Shown piece by piece: positions 25,349 through 37,542 of a stretch of 64,000 nt of DNA. Origin of the DNA: Seison nebaliae. Lineage: Eukaryota. How positions within the stretch are numbered: the stretch's first letter is position 1; each line of letters opens with the position of its first letter. The notes beneath the pieces are model-generated. The model searched no databases. It had not been told where the DNA came from and saw only the letters and a program-made list of their open reading frames with translations. A program made the position numbers and the translations under genes. Location of the stretch: positions 1 to 64,000 of the forward strand of contig JALJEE010001494.1 of the NCBI GenBank assembly GCA_023231475.1. Direction: 5' to 3'.

Positions 25349-27364
25349 ATGAGTGACAACGCCATGAGGAAGCAAGAGGCAATCGAGCAACAAATGGAGG
25401 AAAGCCGAAGTGCCAGAAGACGATGTCGGAGACGTGTGGCTGAAGTGTGCAATCAATTCAGTGACATGTATTCTTATGATGAGTCGAAGTTGCTTGGTAA
25501 AGGTGCAGCTGGTTCCGTATATGAATGTGAATCGAATGTAACTCCGGGAACATTCGCAGTAAAAGTTATTGAGAAATGTGCGACGAATATTAAGAAAGCG
25601 GATGTGGTGAGAGAAGTGGAAGTGTATTTCAAAGTGAGAAATTGCAAGTTTATGTTATTCTTCTACGATTATTTCGAGGCACCAGATAAATATTATTTGG
25701 TATTCGAACGAATGACCGGTGGCAATCTTTCTTCGCAATTATTCAACTGTTTTCATCGTTACGCCTTAATCAGACGCATTATCATCGAATTATTATCGGG
25801 TCTCAGTTATCTTCATTCGATCGGAATCGCACATCGCGATGTAAAACCAGACAATGTGTTGTGTGGCGAATTAATCGTTCCGGTGAAATTGGGCGATTTC
25901 GGTCTGTCCTCCTCCGTTCAAACGGATGACGATGACGAATTGATTTTAACACCCGAATTAACATCTCCGGTGGGAACGCCAGAGTATATGTGTCCCGAGA
26001 TCAGTTCCATATTTCTAGAGCGAAGAGACGTGGAGAATTACACAAAGTCATGTGATGTGTGGAGTTTGGGTGTCATTTTTTACATGTTACTCTTCAATCG
26101 TCAAATGTTTATGGTGAATTGTGGTCGTGATGATTGCACTTGGAATGAAGTAGATGGTGATTGTAGCACATGTCTCACATTGCTCATGCGATCAATCATC
26201 GAAGATCACATCGATTTCATTCCGGATGAAGAATTATGTCCAACTAATGAAGCGATTGATTTATGTAAACAGATGTTGCAACGAGATCATCTTCAACGTA
26301 TAAGTGCAAATAATGGATTGAAACATAAATATATTTCTATGGAGATGGAAGATGAAGATTTACGTCAATTAGAATTGGAAGAACAATTGATGAATGAGAA
26401 AGGAATAAATCCATCCATCTGTACATCTATTGCAACGACAGCAACAATTGGCTCATCATCATCCAATACGATATCAAGTAAGAATAGTTCGAACTCCAGT
26501 AGCGATAGTAACAATATAACAGACAATAGTTTTTATAGTGAATGTGAAAGTTATTTGAGTAATGATAGCGCATGTCATCATAACAATCAAGAGAAGGAAG
26601 AAAATTTAATGGGGAATTGTACTGATAATGTTCATAAAATTCTTAAAGAACTTATTCATGATAAAATTAATGATAATTTTCAATTAACAAAAAATATTGA
26701 TATTAATGATATGTCATTAGTATCCGAATCATCAACTAATACTATTATACCCGAACAACAACAACAACAACATTATATACCGGTTCAAACACTTTTAAAT
26801 CATATTCCATTACCACCACGTGAAGTATATGCGAATGAGCAGATCGTTCCCACTCAACAAATCGAGGATAATCATCAATTGTTCTACATTCTTCCCAACG
26901 ATCAATCTGATTCCAATAGCGACGGGAAAGTTGATGAGAAAAAAGATGCAAACGATTTTAGTTATGGTCATTTCTCATCGTCGTTCGATGTGGAAGAATT
27001 GAAACGTCGATTAACTCGACTTCACGATGATCAGCAGCAACAACAACAACAATATCATCATTATTATGAAGAATCTGTTGGACCCATTTCTCCGACTACC
27101 AACATAAATCGTACTCCGTCCGATGAAGATGAAGGAATCGATGATGATCATCATTTACATACAGACCATATCGAGAATGACTTATTGAGAAGGGTGGCCG
27201 TCCTACCAACAAGTAATACAATTCAAATTAGTGCATCTTATCCTTCCCATCATCCCGATCATCATGATGAGGACGAATACGATTATTCCCGTCTATTTGG
27301 TGACAGTGTTCTAATGAATCAATATCTCGATACTGCAATGGATAGTCATGAAAAGTTGTCATAA
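25349..27364 (+). CDS. MKNK: MAP kinase-interacting kinase (MNK/MKNK family), intronless CDS
   Basis: Polybasic N-terminus then FSDMY. GKGAAGSV, FAVKVIEK, REVE, HRDVKPDN. Activation loop TPELTSPVGTPEYMCPE; YTKSCDVWSLGV; MNK-type Cys insert CGRDDCTW..GDCSTC. Confidence 0.88.
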   Translation: MSDNAMRKQEAIEQQMEESRSARRRCRRRVAEVCNQFSDMYSYDESKLLGKGAAGSVYECESNVTPGTFAVKVIEKCATNIKKADVVREVEVYFKVRNCKFMLFFYDYFEAPDKYYLVFERMTGGNLSSQLFNCFHRYALIRRIIIELLSGLSYLHSIGIAHRDVKPDNVLCGELIVPVKLGDFGLSSSVQTDDDDELILTPELTSPVGTPEYMCPEISSIFLERRDVENYTKSCDVWSLGVIFYMLLFNRQMFMVNCGRDDCTWNEVDGDCSTCLTLLMRSIIEDHIDFIPDEELCPTNEAIDLCKQMLQRDHLQRISANNGLKHKYISMEMEDEDLRQLELEEQLMNEKGINPSICTSIATTATIGSSSSNTISSKNSSNSSSDSNNITDNSFYSECESYLSNDSACHHNNQEKEENLMGNCTDNVHKILKELIHDKINDNFQLTKNIDINDMSLVSESSTNTIIPEQQQQQHYIPVQTLLNHIPLPPREVYANEQIVPTQQIEDNHQLFYILPNDQSDSNSDGKVDEKKDANDFSYGHFSSSFDVEELKRRLTRLHDDQQQQQQQYHHYYEESVGPISPTTNINRTPSDEDEGIDDDHHLHTDHIENDLLRRVAVLPTSNTIQISASYPSHHPDHHDEDEYDYSRLFGDSVLMNQYLDTAMDSHEKLS

Positions 27365-30037
27365 GATGGAATTTTTGGGGATGATGATAATTCTCCAACT
27401 AATCATCAAATGATTTATTATTTTCAATAAATTCATATATTCTACTCCTCCGTCTTCATTTTCTTTCCTTCTCTAATTCTCATCATTTCTGTTGTGCACG
27501 GCATACATTTTCATCATTTCACTTGAAACAATTCCTTCCAAAGAATTTCGAATTTAATTTTGGAAAAAACCGTCCGTTTCTTTTTCGATCATTACGGATA
27601 TATTATCATTATTATTATATGAAATATTTCTTCGATTTTAAACATCTTTCTGGAAAGAATTCTTTTATCCTCCTCCCTACACTATTTTCTTCCGACATTT
27701 CTCTCTCTCTCTCTCTCTCTCTATTTATTTCTCGATCATCTCTCTCTGTTTCTTTTTCTCTTTCTCTCTTTCTTCAATCTCGTTTATGGAACAATCATCA
27801 AAAAAAAAAAAAACAAAAACAAAAAGAAAATTTACAATATGTCCTGCCACCAAACTATGGAAAGAAGTGAAACAGAATTGACTCCGGATGAATTGGATGG
27901 AATCGCGAATTCCTTATTTTTCCATCAATTCACTTTCAATTCATCAACAAATTTGGGAAAAGTGCAAAACGTTTATTCACTAGTGAAATTTGAGAATAGA
28001 TTATCTGTCTCATATTCTGTTTTATCTGAGGCGAAAGAATTTCTATGAGAAATTCTCCTCTCGAATCAATTATTGATTCATTCATCGATATTTCTGTCAT
28101 GTAAAGAGTTTAAATAAAAAAAAAAACTAAATTTTTCATCTTCAAAGAAAATTTTCTTTTTCATTTCTTTTTTTAATTTATGAAATTTATTTTAATTATT
28201 TGTTATTTCTTCTTAAAATCATCTCTCCTCTCGAATCGATCGGTTATCATCCATCGCCATTCGGAGGATTCTCTCTATTTCTCTCATAATCTTATCGATT
28301 TCTCAATTTTTCCTTTCCGGTATTAATCTTCATTATTTTTTTTTCATTCCATCCAAATGGACCGAAGAACAACAATGCATTGAAAATTATTGGTGTAGAA
28401 TGATTTGCTGGATGATCTTCTACTAACTTCCAAATATCCCGGAAATGATAATGAAAGACCATTTCATACAATCCTTTTTTTTTTCAACGTAAGATTTTAT
28501 TTGTATAATAAAAATGTTATAATCTAAACTCTCTCGTACAATCAATCGAATGTATTCCACAAACACGAATATCATTTTATTTTATTCATCTTACATGTTA
28601 ATTACTGGAATCACTATTATTCTCTTCTCTTTCTTTTTGTTTGAAATTTATTGAAAATTCATCGAGTCAAATAAAAAAAAATTTATAGAATAATTTTTCT
28701 TTCCACCATTTGCCATTCTATGTTTATTTTAATTCCACAAAGTTCTTGTGATGAGATAGAAAATAAAAGAAAAAGTTTCAATGTTGAATTGTTTTTTTTG
28801 AAAAATCGTTACAATTACTCGAATTAATCATCATTAATTGACATTAATTGACGTTAAACTGAACACTGTCTCAATTATGTTGGAGGATGTGTTGATTCGT
28901 GAATAAAATTGATGATAATAATCGTATCTTTGAAATTGGATAGTATTTAGCTTCTTAATATTATTCTCCTTAATGTTTTTAGAAGAATTTAACGTTCGAA
29001 AATAAATTATCGTAATTTTTAAAGGTTATTTTGATTTATCGTATAAAAGTTTCTCTTATTATTGAAACGATTTTATCGGTAAAATACTTTTCATCATTCT
29101 ACCAAGCTACATTTGACTCACGGAAAAATTGTGTAATCTTATTCGACTTAACGAACTTGACCGGAAAGGAAAACTGTCAGAATTGCGTTCGAAATATCAT
29201 TCCGAAAGAAGAAAAGTTCAAATTTGAAGATGTCATATTTCTATCTCGACTAATTTATTAATATGAATTCGGGATTTAGTATTAGAATTGAGGAAAGAAT
29301 GATTTGACAGGTGATTATTATAAATGTTGAAAGTTGGTTCTCTTCTTTACAATACAATTTACGAATAAATTATATGTTCCATTGGTCTTCTGATATTAAG
29401 AGAAAGAGAAATATGATATTAAAACTCTTAAGCGTTATCCATTTGGAAATAATTAGGAAGTTTTACGCTGTTGCTTAATCGATCGAACAAATTTTAAGTA
29501 TTATTTACTTGAAGAAATATTTGAGAGACATTGCTAAGTCGTTTGAGGGAATGTATGAAGTAAGGATGGAATATGTGTTTGTAAATCAATAAAAGAAACC
29601 TGTCAGATTTATGGCAGTTTAACGATGGATACATATGCGGTCTATAATGAAGATATCATTAAAACTGTGAATTCATGAAATGAAATTTAATTTTAAATTG
29701 AATCAAAAGCGAAATGTTCGACGAAGCTTTTAAAGAGGAAGCCTCCAACCGAATATTATTATTGACAATTATTGGTACAGTAGCCACTGATGATGATGAT
29801 TCAACAAAATCATAAAATGGATAATAATTTCCTTTTTTGAATTATCATTTAATGAAATATGAAAATTGAAACGGAAGTAGTTTCTGATTGGATTTACCGT
29901 TTCGACGAGAATGTTCCACCATAAAAGAAACTGAAGAAAAAAATGGAAATAGTAAAAAATTAAATTTTCTCATTTTTATTTTTATTCAAACTTATTTATC
30001 ATTTGAGTTTGTCCTTCAAATATTCTTCGTTGGCTAA

Positions 30038-32631
30038 ATGGATATTGAACCTTTTGATTCGGATGACGATTCATCAGAAACGTTTCATTTTCATTCAACA
30101 ACTTTTTCTTTTTTACTTTCTTCTTATTTTGCACGTCACTTACACATTTATGTTCTACATTCACCCAATATGCGCCCAGTGTATAAGAATCTCTTTTTAC
30201 TTTTCTATTAGAACTCGCAATCTTTTATTTGGTTCGAATAAATTTAATAGAAATTTAAATTCACCAAACAATTGGGTTCCGTATATTGTTGTGAGTTTGG
30301 ATCACCATCATTCTGATACCGACCAATATATTGAAACGACCATTCCCGATCTCACAACGAACAACGACCGACATAAAATTCGACGTAATATAATTTTACA
30401 TGAAAACGGAACATCAATTTCAGCAAACGGACAAAATTCAGGTGTAATATTTTATTATTTTAAATTATCCGCTATTAATACTATTATTATTTGAAGGAAT
30501 GAATAGTGGGAAATTGAATGAAAATGACGAATCGAATTGTGTGGAGAAGTTGTCACCGACTGATTATGAGAATATAAAGAAATCGTCATTTGATCGATTT
30601 CGTTATGCTACTTCACATTTGTGGGAGATGCAAGATAAATCACATGAAGCATTAATTCCAATGAATAGTGGGAAAAAGTATCCAGGTTCAGCACATTTAA
30701 CAACTCTCTCAAAGAGTGAAAGGAAAGCGAGTAAGAGCGAAAGAAATGATGAATGTGTGAGACATTTATTAAAGTTGAATGAAACGATTGCTCAGTCCAA
30801 TTCTAATCAATTAACAAATAATAATTCTCCAAATAATTTGGAGTGGTCTTCTAAATTAAAATATTCTTCAACAATCATTTCATCTCTTTCAGCAACTACT
30901 ACTACTACTACTACTACTACTACGACCATTACTCTCGCAGAAAGTTTTAATACTACTCCTACTACTCCTACTACAAATATTTCAATTATCACTCCAACTA
31001 CTAATGCAATTAGTGTATGTAGCGCGGAAAGTTCGACTAAAATTATCGATGCCAATACAACAATGAGCATGATACCATTAGAGACGTCGAATAAATTTAA
31101 AAGTTTTTTTTCTAAAATAAAATTTAATTTTTTCATTCTCTTTCATCGAATAGATGTTGAAGAGAGTGAGAAAAGTTATACGATAAATGTACCCATCATT
31201 TCATGTGAAGCGACTTATTTGTATGAAATGGAATTGGAACGATTGGAAGGAAATGAAATATTCTACGAGTCGATTAAAGACACGTTAGAAGTGGAGGAGA
31301 TTGACGAAGAAACGAAATTGAAACAAATCGAACATTTCAATGAACGAATCAATTCAGAAACGACGAAATTCCGTCTTGGAGATTATGAATGGAATTCATT
31401 GAGAGATCAGCCAGTTTTATCGAAAGATCTCGAAAGATGTAACAAGATGAGAGATTTCCTTTCCAATAAAATTATCGATATGGAGAATCTAATCAAGTTT
31501 ACTTGGAATGGTATTCCTAAACCATTTCGTTGTTGCACATGGAAAATTTTGATGGTTCTCATTATCATCATTTTTTATAATTTATTATTCATTCTCTTTT
31601 ATCAGGATTATATGCCTGTCAATCATACGACACGCTTCAAAACTTTACGGAGAAAACGAGCACAATATTGGAATGAAGTTCAACGATATTTCGTTACGAG
31701 AGATAAAATGAACAAAGTCACATTCAATCAAGTTCAATTTGAATTTGTTGAGTTTGTTAATGAAGAAATTGTGTTTAGATTCATATCGATATTCTCCGCA
31801 TGAATCCCGGTATTACATTGTTCGCCCAGAAGCGTGTTCAACAAATATTTGAACGCGTCTTGTTCATCTGGTCGATCAGACGACCCGCTTCTGGTTACGT
31901 TCAAGGGATTAATGATGTTGTCACACCGTTTTTCGTCGTTTTTCTTTCGGAGTTCGCTCAAATGCATAATGTTGGAGAATTGTTGAAGTATAATGCAACC
32001 GCGTTGCCTCATTCTGTTTTGGCGGTGATAGAAGCTGATTGTTATTGGTGTGTTTCGTCCGTGTTGGATCGCATTCAGAATAATTACATTTTCAACTTAC
32101 CCGGTATTCAAGATAAGTTGCAGGATTTGGAGAATATCGTGAAGAAAGTGAACATGCAAATTCACGAACATCTCAAACATCACAAGATCAAATATCTCCA
32201 ATTTGCATTCCGTTGGATCAATAGTCTTCTCCTCCGAGAATTACCTTTACGTTGTGTCGTTCGTTTATGGGATACATATTTAGTTCGATTTTATTTTCAT
32301 TCAAATTTTCAAATTTTCAAATTTTATTCATTTTCTAGTCTCAAGATGAAAGTTTCCAAGAATTTCATCAATATGTTTGTGCAGTCTTCCTCAATCGATT
32401 CCATAAAGAAGTTCTTCGTGAAAATGATTTTCAAGTTTTCTTTCTTTCACACAACTTCTTTATTTATTATTTAAACATTTAAAGGATTTATTGATGTTGT
32501 TACAGAATTGTCCTACACATAAATGGAACGATGATGACGTCCGATTGTTGACGGCAGAAGCTTATCTCTATAAATTTCTTTATTCCGATGCTCCCGGTCA
32601 TGAATGTAAGCGAACGGTAAGTGAATATTAG
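30038..32631 (+). CDS. TBC1D22: TBC1 domain family member 22 (Gyp1-like Rab GAP); about eight exons
   Basis: Spliced product has WNGIP..R..TWKILM|DYMP, FNQ|IHIDILRMNP, RPASGYVQGINDVVTPF, IEADCYWC, YLQFAFRWINSLLLRELPLRCVVRLWDTYL. Introns 30082-30250 (or -30211), 30442-30496, 31103-31153, 31555-31605, 31732-31778, 32283-32338, 32435-32484. 5' exons are less certain. Confidence 0.92.
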
Positions 32632-32979
32632 ACGGTGATTATAATTCTCCTTCATATATATACATATATTTATATGATGTTCTCATCCGTAATCAATTAT
32701 ATCCTACTCTTCGATTTCCATATTGTTTTATTTCGAAAAAAAGATTAATTTAATTTGTTAATAAAAAATAGTTTTATCTGAACATTTCTTCCTTCTCAAC
32801 ATGCCACAATAACAAATGAATTGATGATAATGGTGAAATATATTGACATTCTTTTTATGAGATTAAAAATTATAGAGAAAGACTATTAATATTATATTAT
32901 ATATTATGTTAATTCTTTCGCTCTCTTTCAAAATTGAGAGGAATTTATAAAACATTATTGGAAAGATGAATCAATCGAA

Positions 32980-34098
32980 TCAGGACATATTAATTTGTTC
33001 GGCGTATAATATTCGATCTCGAATATCTGACCTCTTCAATTTGGCCGTAGATATGGTGAGAATAGAAGCTGGTGGCATTCTGAAATCAGATAGAGTTTGA
33101 TCGGAATTCATGTCTAGAATTCGATTGTTCGGACCAGCAATACTAAAATCATGACGAGAAGGATCTTTGAACATTCGATTGATCCAATCACCAATTTTTC
33201 TGATTGTCGTTTCCGCTTCGAAAATACCATCATAATAATGGAGGATGTTATCAAGGACGACTCGGACGCGAATGTATGCGATGGGATAATATCTGCGATT
33301 CGCTTCTTTCTCCTTTTCTCTCATATTCTTCGTTTTGAGACGACCCATTTCTTCAACAGCTTTTGCCCGAGTTTTTTGCTCACGAACGATTTCTTCGTAT
33401 GATAAATTGAAGAAGTCATCGCTTAGGTCTTCCTTACCAATTTGAGCTTTGGGTACATCATCTGCGGGTCTTAATTGAGTGTTATGATGAATTTGGAATT
33501 TTATGAGATAATTGTCATCATCCATGTAGCGAAGGAATTCTTTTAACGTTTCCACATTCATCGTATCATCTGTCATTCTCCAAACGACACCTTTATCGCC
33601 TTCGTGTAAACGGAATCCAGCCAACATCATCATGTTGTTGTGTTCGAGAAGTGGAATGACACTTTTCTTATATTGTTCATTTTCAAAACGAATTGTTCGA
33701 AATTTTTCTTCTTCGGGTTTCAGGAAGATATTTCGGAAATACTTTTTCATAATTTCTAAACCGGTCATAAACTTTAATTGATTCATCTCCTCATTAATTA
33801 AAGGATGATTCATTATCAACATTTTCAAATAGACACATTTCGGAGATGTGACATCATTATACTTTGTTTTCGTCAGATTCTTCAAATCGATTGCTAATTC
33901 TTTCTTCGGCTTAATAAGTTTAGGCAAGAGATTGCATGTGTATACGGGTTGGATACGAATCGTTTTCATTTTATTTCCATTAGGAGGAGGTTCGGCTCTT
34001 CGCATCTGATGACTACGATCGATACGTCCCAACTGTTGGCCTTTGCCCGAACCCATCTTCCCCTCTTTGATCTTAAGCAATTCCTTCAGTTTTTGCAT
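32980..34098 (-). CDS. UBXN6: UBX domain protein 6 (PUB plus UBX, p97/VCP cofactor)
   Basis: N-terminus MQKLKELLK..GKGQQLG. PUB domain KYFRNIFLKPEEEKFRTIRFEN..AGF. DDFFNLSYEEI.REQ..LKTKNMRE..Y.IAYIRVR precedes the UBX domain. Probable 61-nt 5'UTR intron at 34175-34115. Confidence 0.88.
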   Translation of the reverse strand: MQKLKELLKIKEGKMGSGKGQQLGRIDRSHQMRRAEPPPNGNKMKTIRIQPVYTCNLLPKLIKPKKELAIDLKNLTKTKYNDVTSPKCVYLKMLIMNHPLINEEMNQLKFMTGLEIMKKYFRNIFLKPEEEKFRTIRFENEQYKKSVIPLLEHNNMMMLAGFRLHEGDKGVVWRMTDDTMNVETLKEFLRYMDDDNYLIKFQIHHNTQLRPADDVPKAQIGKEDLSDDFFNLSYEEIVREQKTRAKAVEEMGRLKTKNMREKEKEANRRYYPIAYIRVRVVLDNILHYYDGIFEAETTIRKIGDWINRMFKDPSRHDFSIAGPNNRILDMNSDQTLSDFRMPPASILTISTAKLKRSDIRDRILYAEQINMS

Positions 34099-34819
34099 TC
34101 GGCTATACTTGATCCTGAATGGGAAAAGAAAAATTTTCAAAATGAAAAAATGAAAGTAAAAATGAAAAATGAAACTTTCTCTTTCAATACAAGAATAATT
34201 GTTTTAGCAAAATATCGTTTCACACCACTCACCACATACACTTCCAATACGATGATGAATAGGAGAAATAAGAAGAGTAAGATATCTGAAGAGAAGAGTG
34301 ACACTTCAACGATAAATCGATTGAAATCGTCACCGTCTACTTCAATATTATCGTTGAATAAAATGATGATGAAACGAGATTTGTCCGATCAATGCAAATG
34401 ACGACTAAAAGGAAAGATGAGAAAATATTAAAATAAAAGTGATTGTTGGAAAAGAAATGAAAGTTTACTCCCTATTTATATAATTCTCTTCGAATGCGTT
34501 TGGAAGGAATTTGTAAAAAATAAATGCGCGATCTCCGAATGGATTTAATTGTCTTCCTTATTTAGCCAGATAAGAAAACCGTTGAAGAAGAATAGTTGCG
34601 AAATAGAATGACACAAAAAAAAATTACATGGAAGTGGTTGGAGGCGAGAAAACAAAAGAAAAATGAACTTTAAGTCAACTGTCATTTGTCCATATGTCCA
34701 GAGAGCACTTCCGTCCAATTCGAAAATATATTCGAAAGTTAAGCATAATGTTAATGGGAAAAGTTATTTGTTTGTAAAAAAGACAATTTCAATTGTTTGT
34801 GAAGGAGATATTCAATGAA

Positions 34820-36888
34820 ATGGCAAATATATTTGTGGAGAATCATTTGAGTTTCGATGTAAAAATCGAATCGAGTAAAGAATGTCTCGATCCATCAAAT
34901 GCCAAGTATATAGCCTATGTCATTCATATAAGAGCGAGTAAGATTAGTTGGAAATGTTATAAGAGATATTCACAATTCCTCCAATTCAATGAATCATTGA
35001 AACATTTCGAATCGATTGACTCCATCAAATTATTCCCTTCAAAATTCTCATTCCGACTCAACGAGACTTCTTCTGAATTCATCGAGAAACGTTTGTTAGC
35101 ATTGGACAAATATTTATGTTCATTTACTAATGAATTACTAAATGCTTTGAATACTCATCTGACATCTAACACCACTCCTACCATTCCACATGACGATAAC
35201 AATCAACAAATACTCGTTTACTCCAAAGTCTTCTCATTATTATGTCAATTCCTTGATTTTCCTTTATACGTTTGACATCATCACTCTCAATCATCATTAT
35301 GGTTAATTATATTTTAGGAAATCAATTTTATTATTATGAAAATGTCAAACAACTTCTTCTCAAACGGTTAGTGTCACGTTTATTTCACGATAAATGACCT
35401 GATTGGAAAAAGGCGAAACGATAATTAAAGAAAATAATAATTCTTATGAATTCTCCGTTTTACAATTATTCGCGTTCAACGAAGCATTTATGAAGAATCG
35501 ATTGAAATTTCCTTGTTAGATGATTATTTATTGATTATTTCATTATTCATTTTAATTGATATTCTTAGATTGTCGATCAGATGAAGATATATCTCATTCC
35601 ATTGAAATGATGAAATTGTTGAAGAATGTGACGGTTCGTTTTCTTTTATATCAATAATTATTATTGGACAGATTATCGGTAGTAATGATCGATGGAAGGA
35701 ATCGAATATCATTCCAAATGATTTACCATTCTCATTATTGTCATTCACCAATATCGATCGACTTCAAGTTCTCTCATCTCTCTCAATTTTATCAATATTT
35801 CATGTTCAATTCAATTCGTATTCAGATACAGAACGTTAATATTGATGTCATATCTGGATTTGAGGAAGTGAAAAAATGTTTGAAAACTTTCTATTGTCAC
35901 AATTCCATCGATCGAATTATGGTTGCCCTTTTCCTTTAACTATTTCACCCAATTGCACGTTATCGTTCAGATGTTGTCGTTAAACGGTGTACGATTGAAG
36001 GATATAGAGATGGATAATGAACAGAAAAATTTTTGTACAAAAATCAAATTAAACGGTTGGGCACAATTGACGACGGTGGATTTGTCACATAATTCTCTGG
36101 AGAATTTAGATTATTCAATTGTTAGTTCGATTGAGAATTGAGACGAATTGAAATTTTTCTTTAAATTTTTCCTTCTCAGAAATTGATGTGTAATATCGAA
36201 TCATTCGATTTGAGTCATAATCAATTGGAGAATGTTCAATATTTGGATTTATTGAGTTCGTTATCGAGATTAAATTTAAGTTATAATAAATTCGTTCAAT
36301 TGCCCAATGATTTGTCGTCGAAATTGGGCAATATCAAAACACTCGATCTTTCTCATAATCAATTGAGGAACGTGAATGGATTAGGCACATTATACTCATT
36401 AGTCAATTTGTCGTTAATCGATAATTGTTTGAAAGAATTCGACGATATTGCTGATCTCGGATCATTACCATGTCTAGAAACTCTACAATTATATGGGAAT
36501 CCTCTACAGAAAATGATTGATTATCGAGCGAAAGTTTCTTCTTCATAATTTCCATTTGAATTTATTAATTATTTATTTTAATTATTAATTTAATTTATCT
36601 ATAATTTAAAGATTCTCTCCATCTTTAATGATCGAGCAGCGAATATCTGGTTAGATAACGTTCAAACGACAACACGCGAATTGGATATCGCAAATATTAT
36701 GATTGCTATTAAGAATGCAATGCAATTAGCTGATAAGTTAGTGAAGTCATCCTCCCTCCCACATCTGAACTAGTTGTTGAAAATTTGCAATTTTAATTAG
36801 TAAACCGATTAAACTGAATTTGAGTGGATCATACAATACGATGAATGATCGCTGTCTTATCAAACCGCCGAATAAAGAGTTTAACTAA
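34820..36888 (+). CDS. NISCH: Nischarin-like PX plus leucine-rich-repeat protein (short invertebrate-type form); about ten exons
   Basis: PX domain (YIAYVI..W...KRYSQF..F..FPSK..FIEKR..LDKYL), FLDFPLY|EIN, LRRs (VDLSHNSL, LDLSHNQL, LYGNP..DYRAK). Nine introns: 35270-35317, 35367-35412, 35515-35568, 35634-35671, 35768-35825, 35922-35970, 36121-36179, 36534-36611, 36737-36800 (the last is uncertain). Confidence 0.85.
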
Positions 36889-37542
36889 TAAATTATTTGA
36901 AAATACATATGTTGTTGAAATGAATGAAATTTTTATCAATATTCTTTTTTATTCGATTATCTTTTGTAATAAAATTTCTTATTCAAATACGAACGTTCGA
37001 AAATATTTAAGCAGTTAGCCAACTGATCATCCAACTAATCAATGTGAGTTGTTCCGATGTCTCTGTCATTTCATTTAATTGATTTTCTTTCATTTTATTC
37101 TCATGTTTCTTTTCTTGTCATTTTTACTTTGAACGAGGAAAGTTATTGAAGAATGATACGACAACAAAACGAGTATGAATGGCGTGATATGATAATAAAT
37201 TATTAAATTTTTTATGTTTCTCTTTTTTTTTTTCAACTTCTTCAAATTGATAACAACATCTCTTTATTCAAGTTTTAACACTTTCATCAAAACTCTCTTT
37301 CTGTTGGAGAGCGGAGTGAGAAAGAAATTATTCATCATAACATCATTTCAATAAACTAAATTCTACATGACCGTTGTCGAATTGTTTCGTTTCTTTAAAA
37401 GTGGCGCAAATTTATATTCTAAATTTAAATTCGATCAAATTTTTCATAATTTTACAAATTATATTCTTTCCATCGAATTAGAACACCTCCATTAGCTACT
37501 GTGTGAAATTGTTGTTTTTATTGTTTTTCTCTATCGTTCACA

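Noticed and set aside
27523..29261. Short ORFs downstream of MNK
   Set aside because: F/L/I/S-rich translations typical of AT-rich UTR or intergenic DNA and (CT)n runs.
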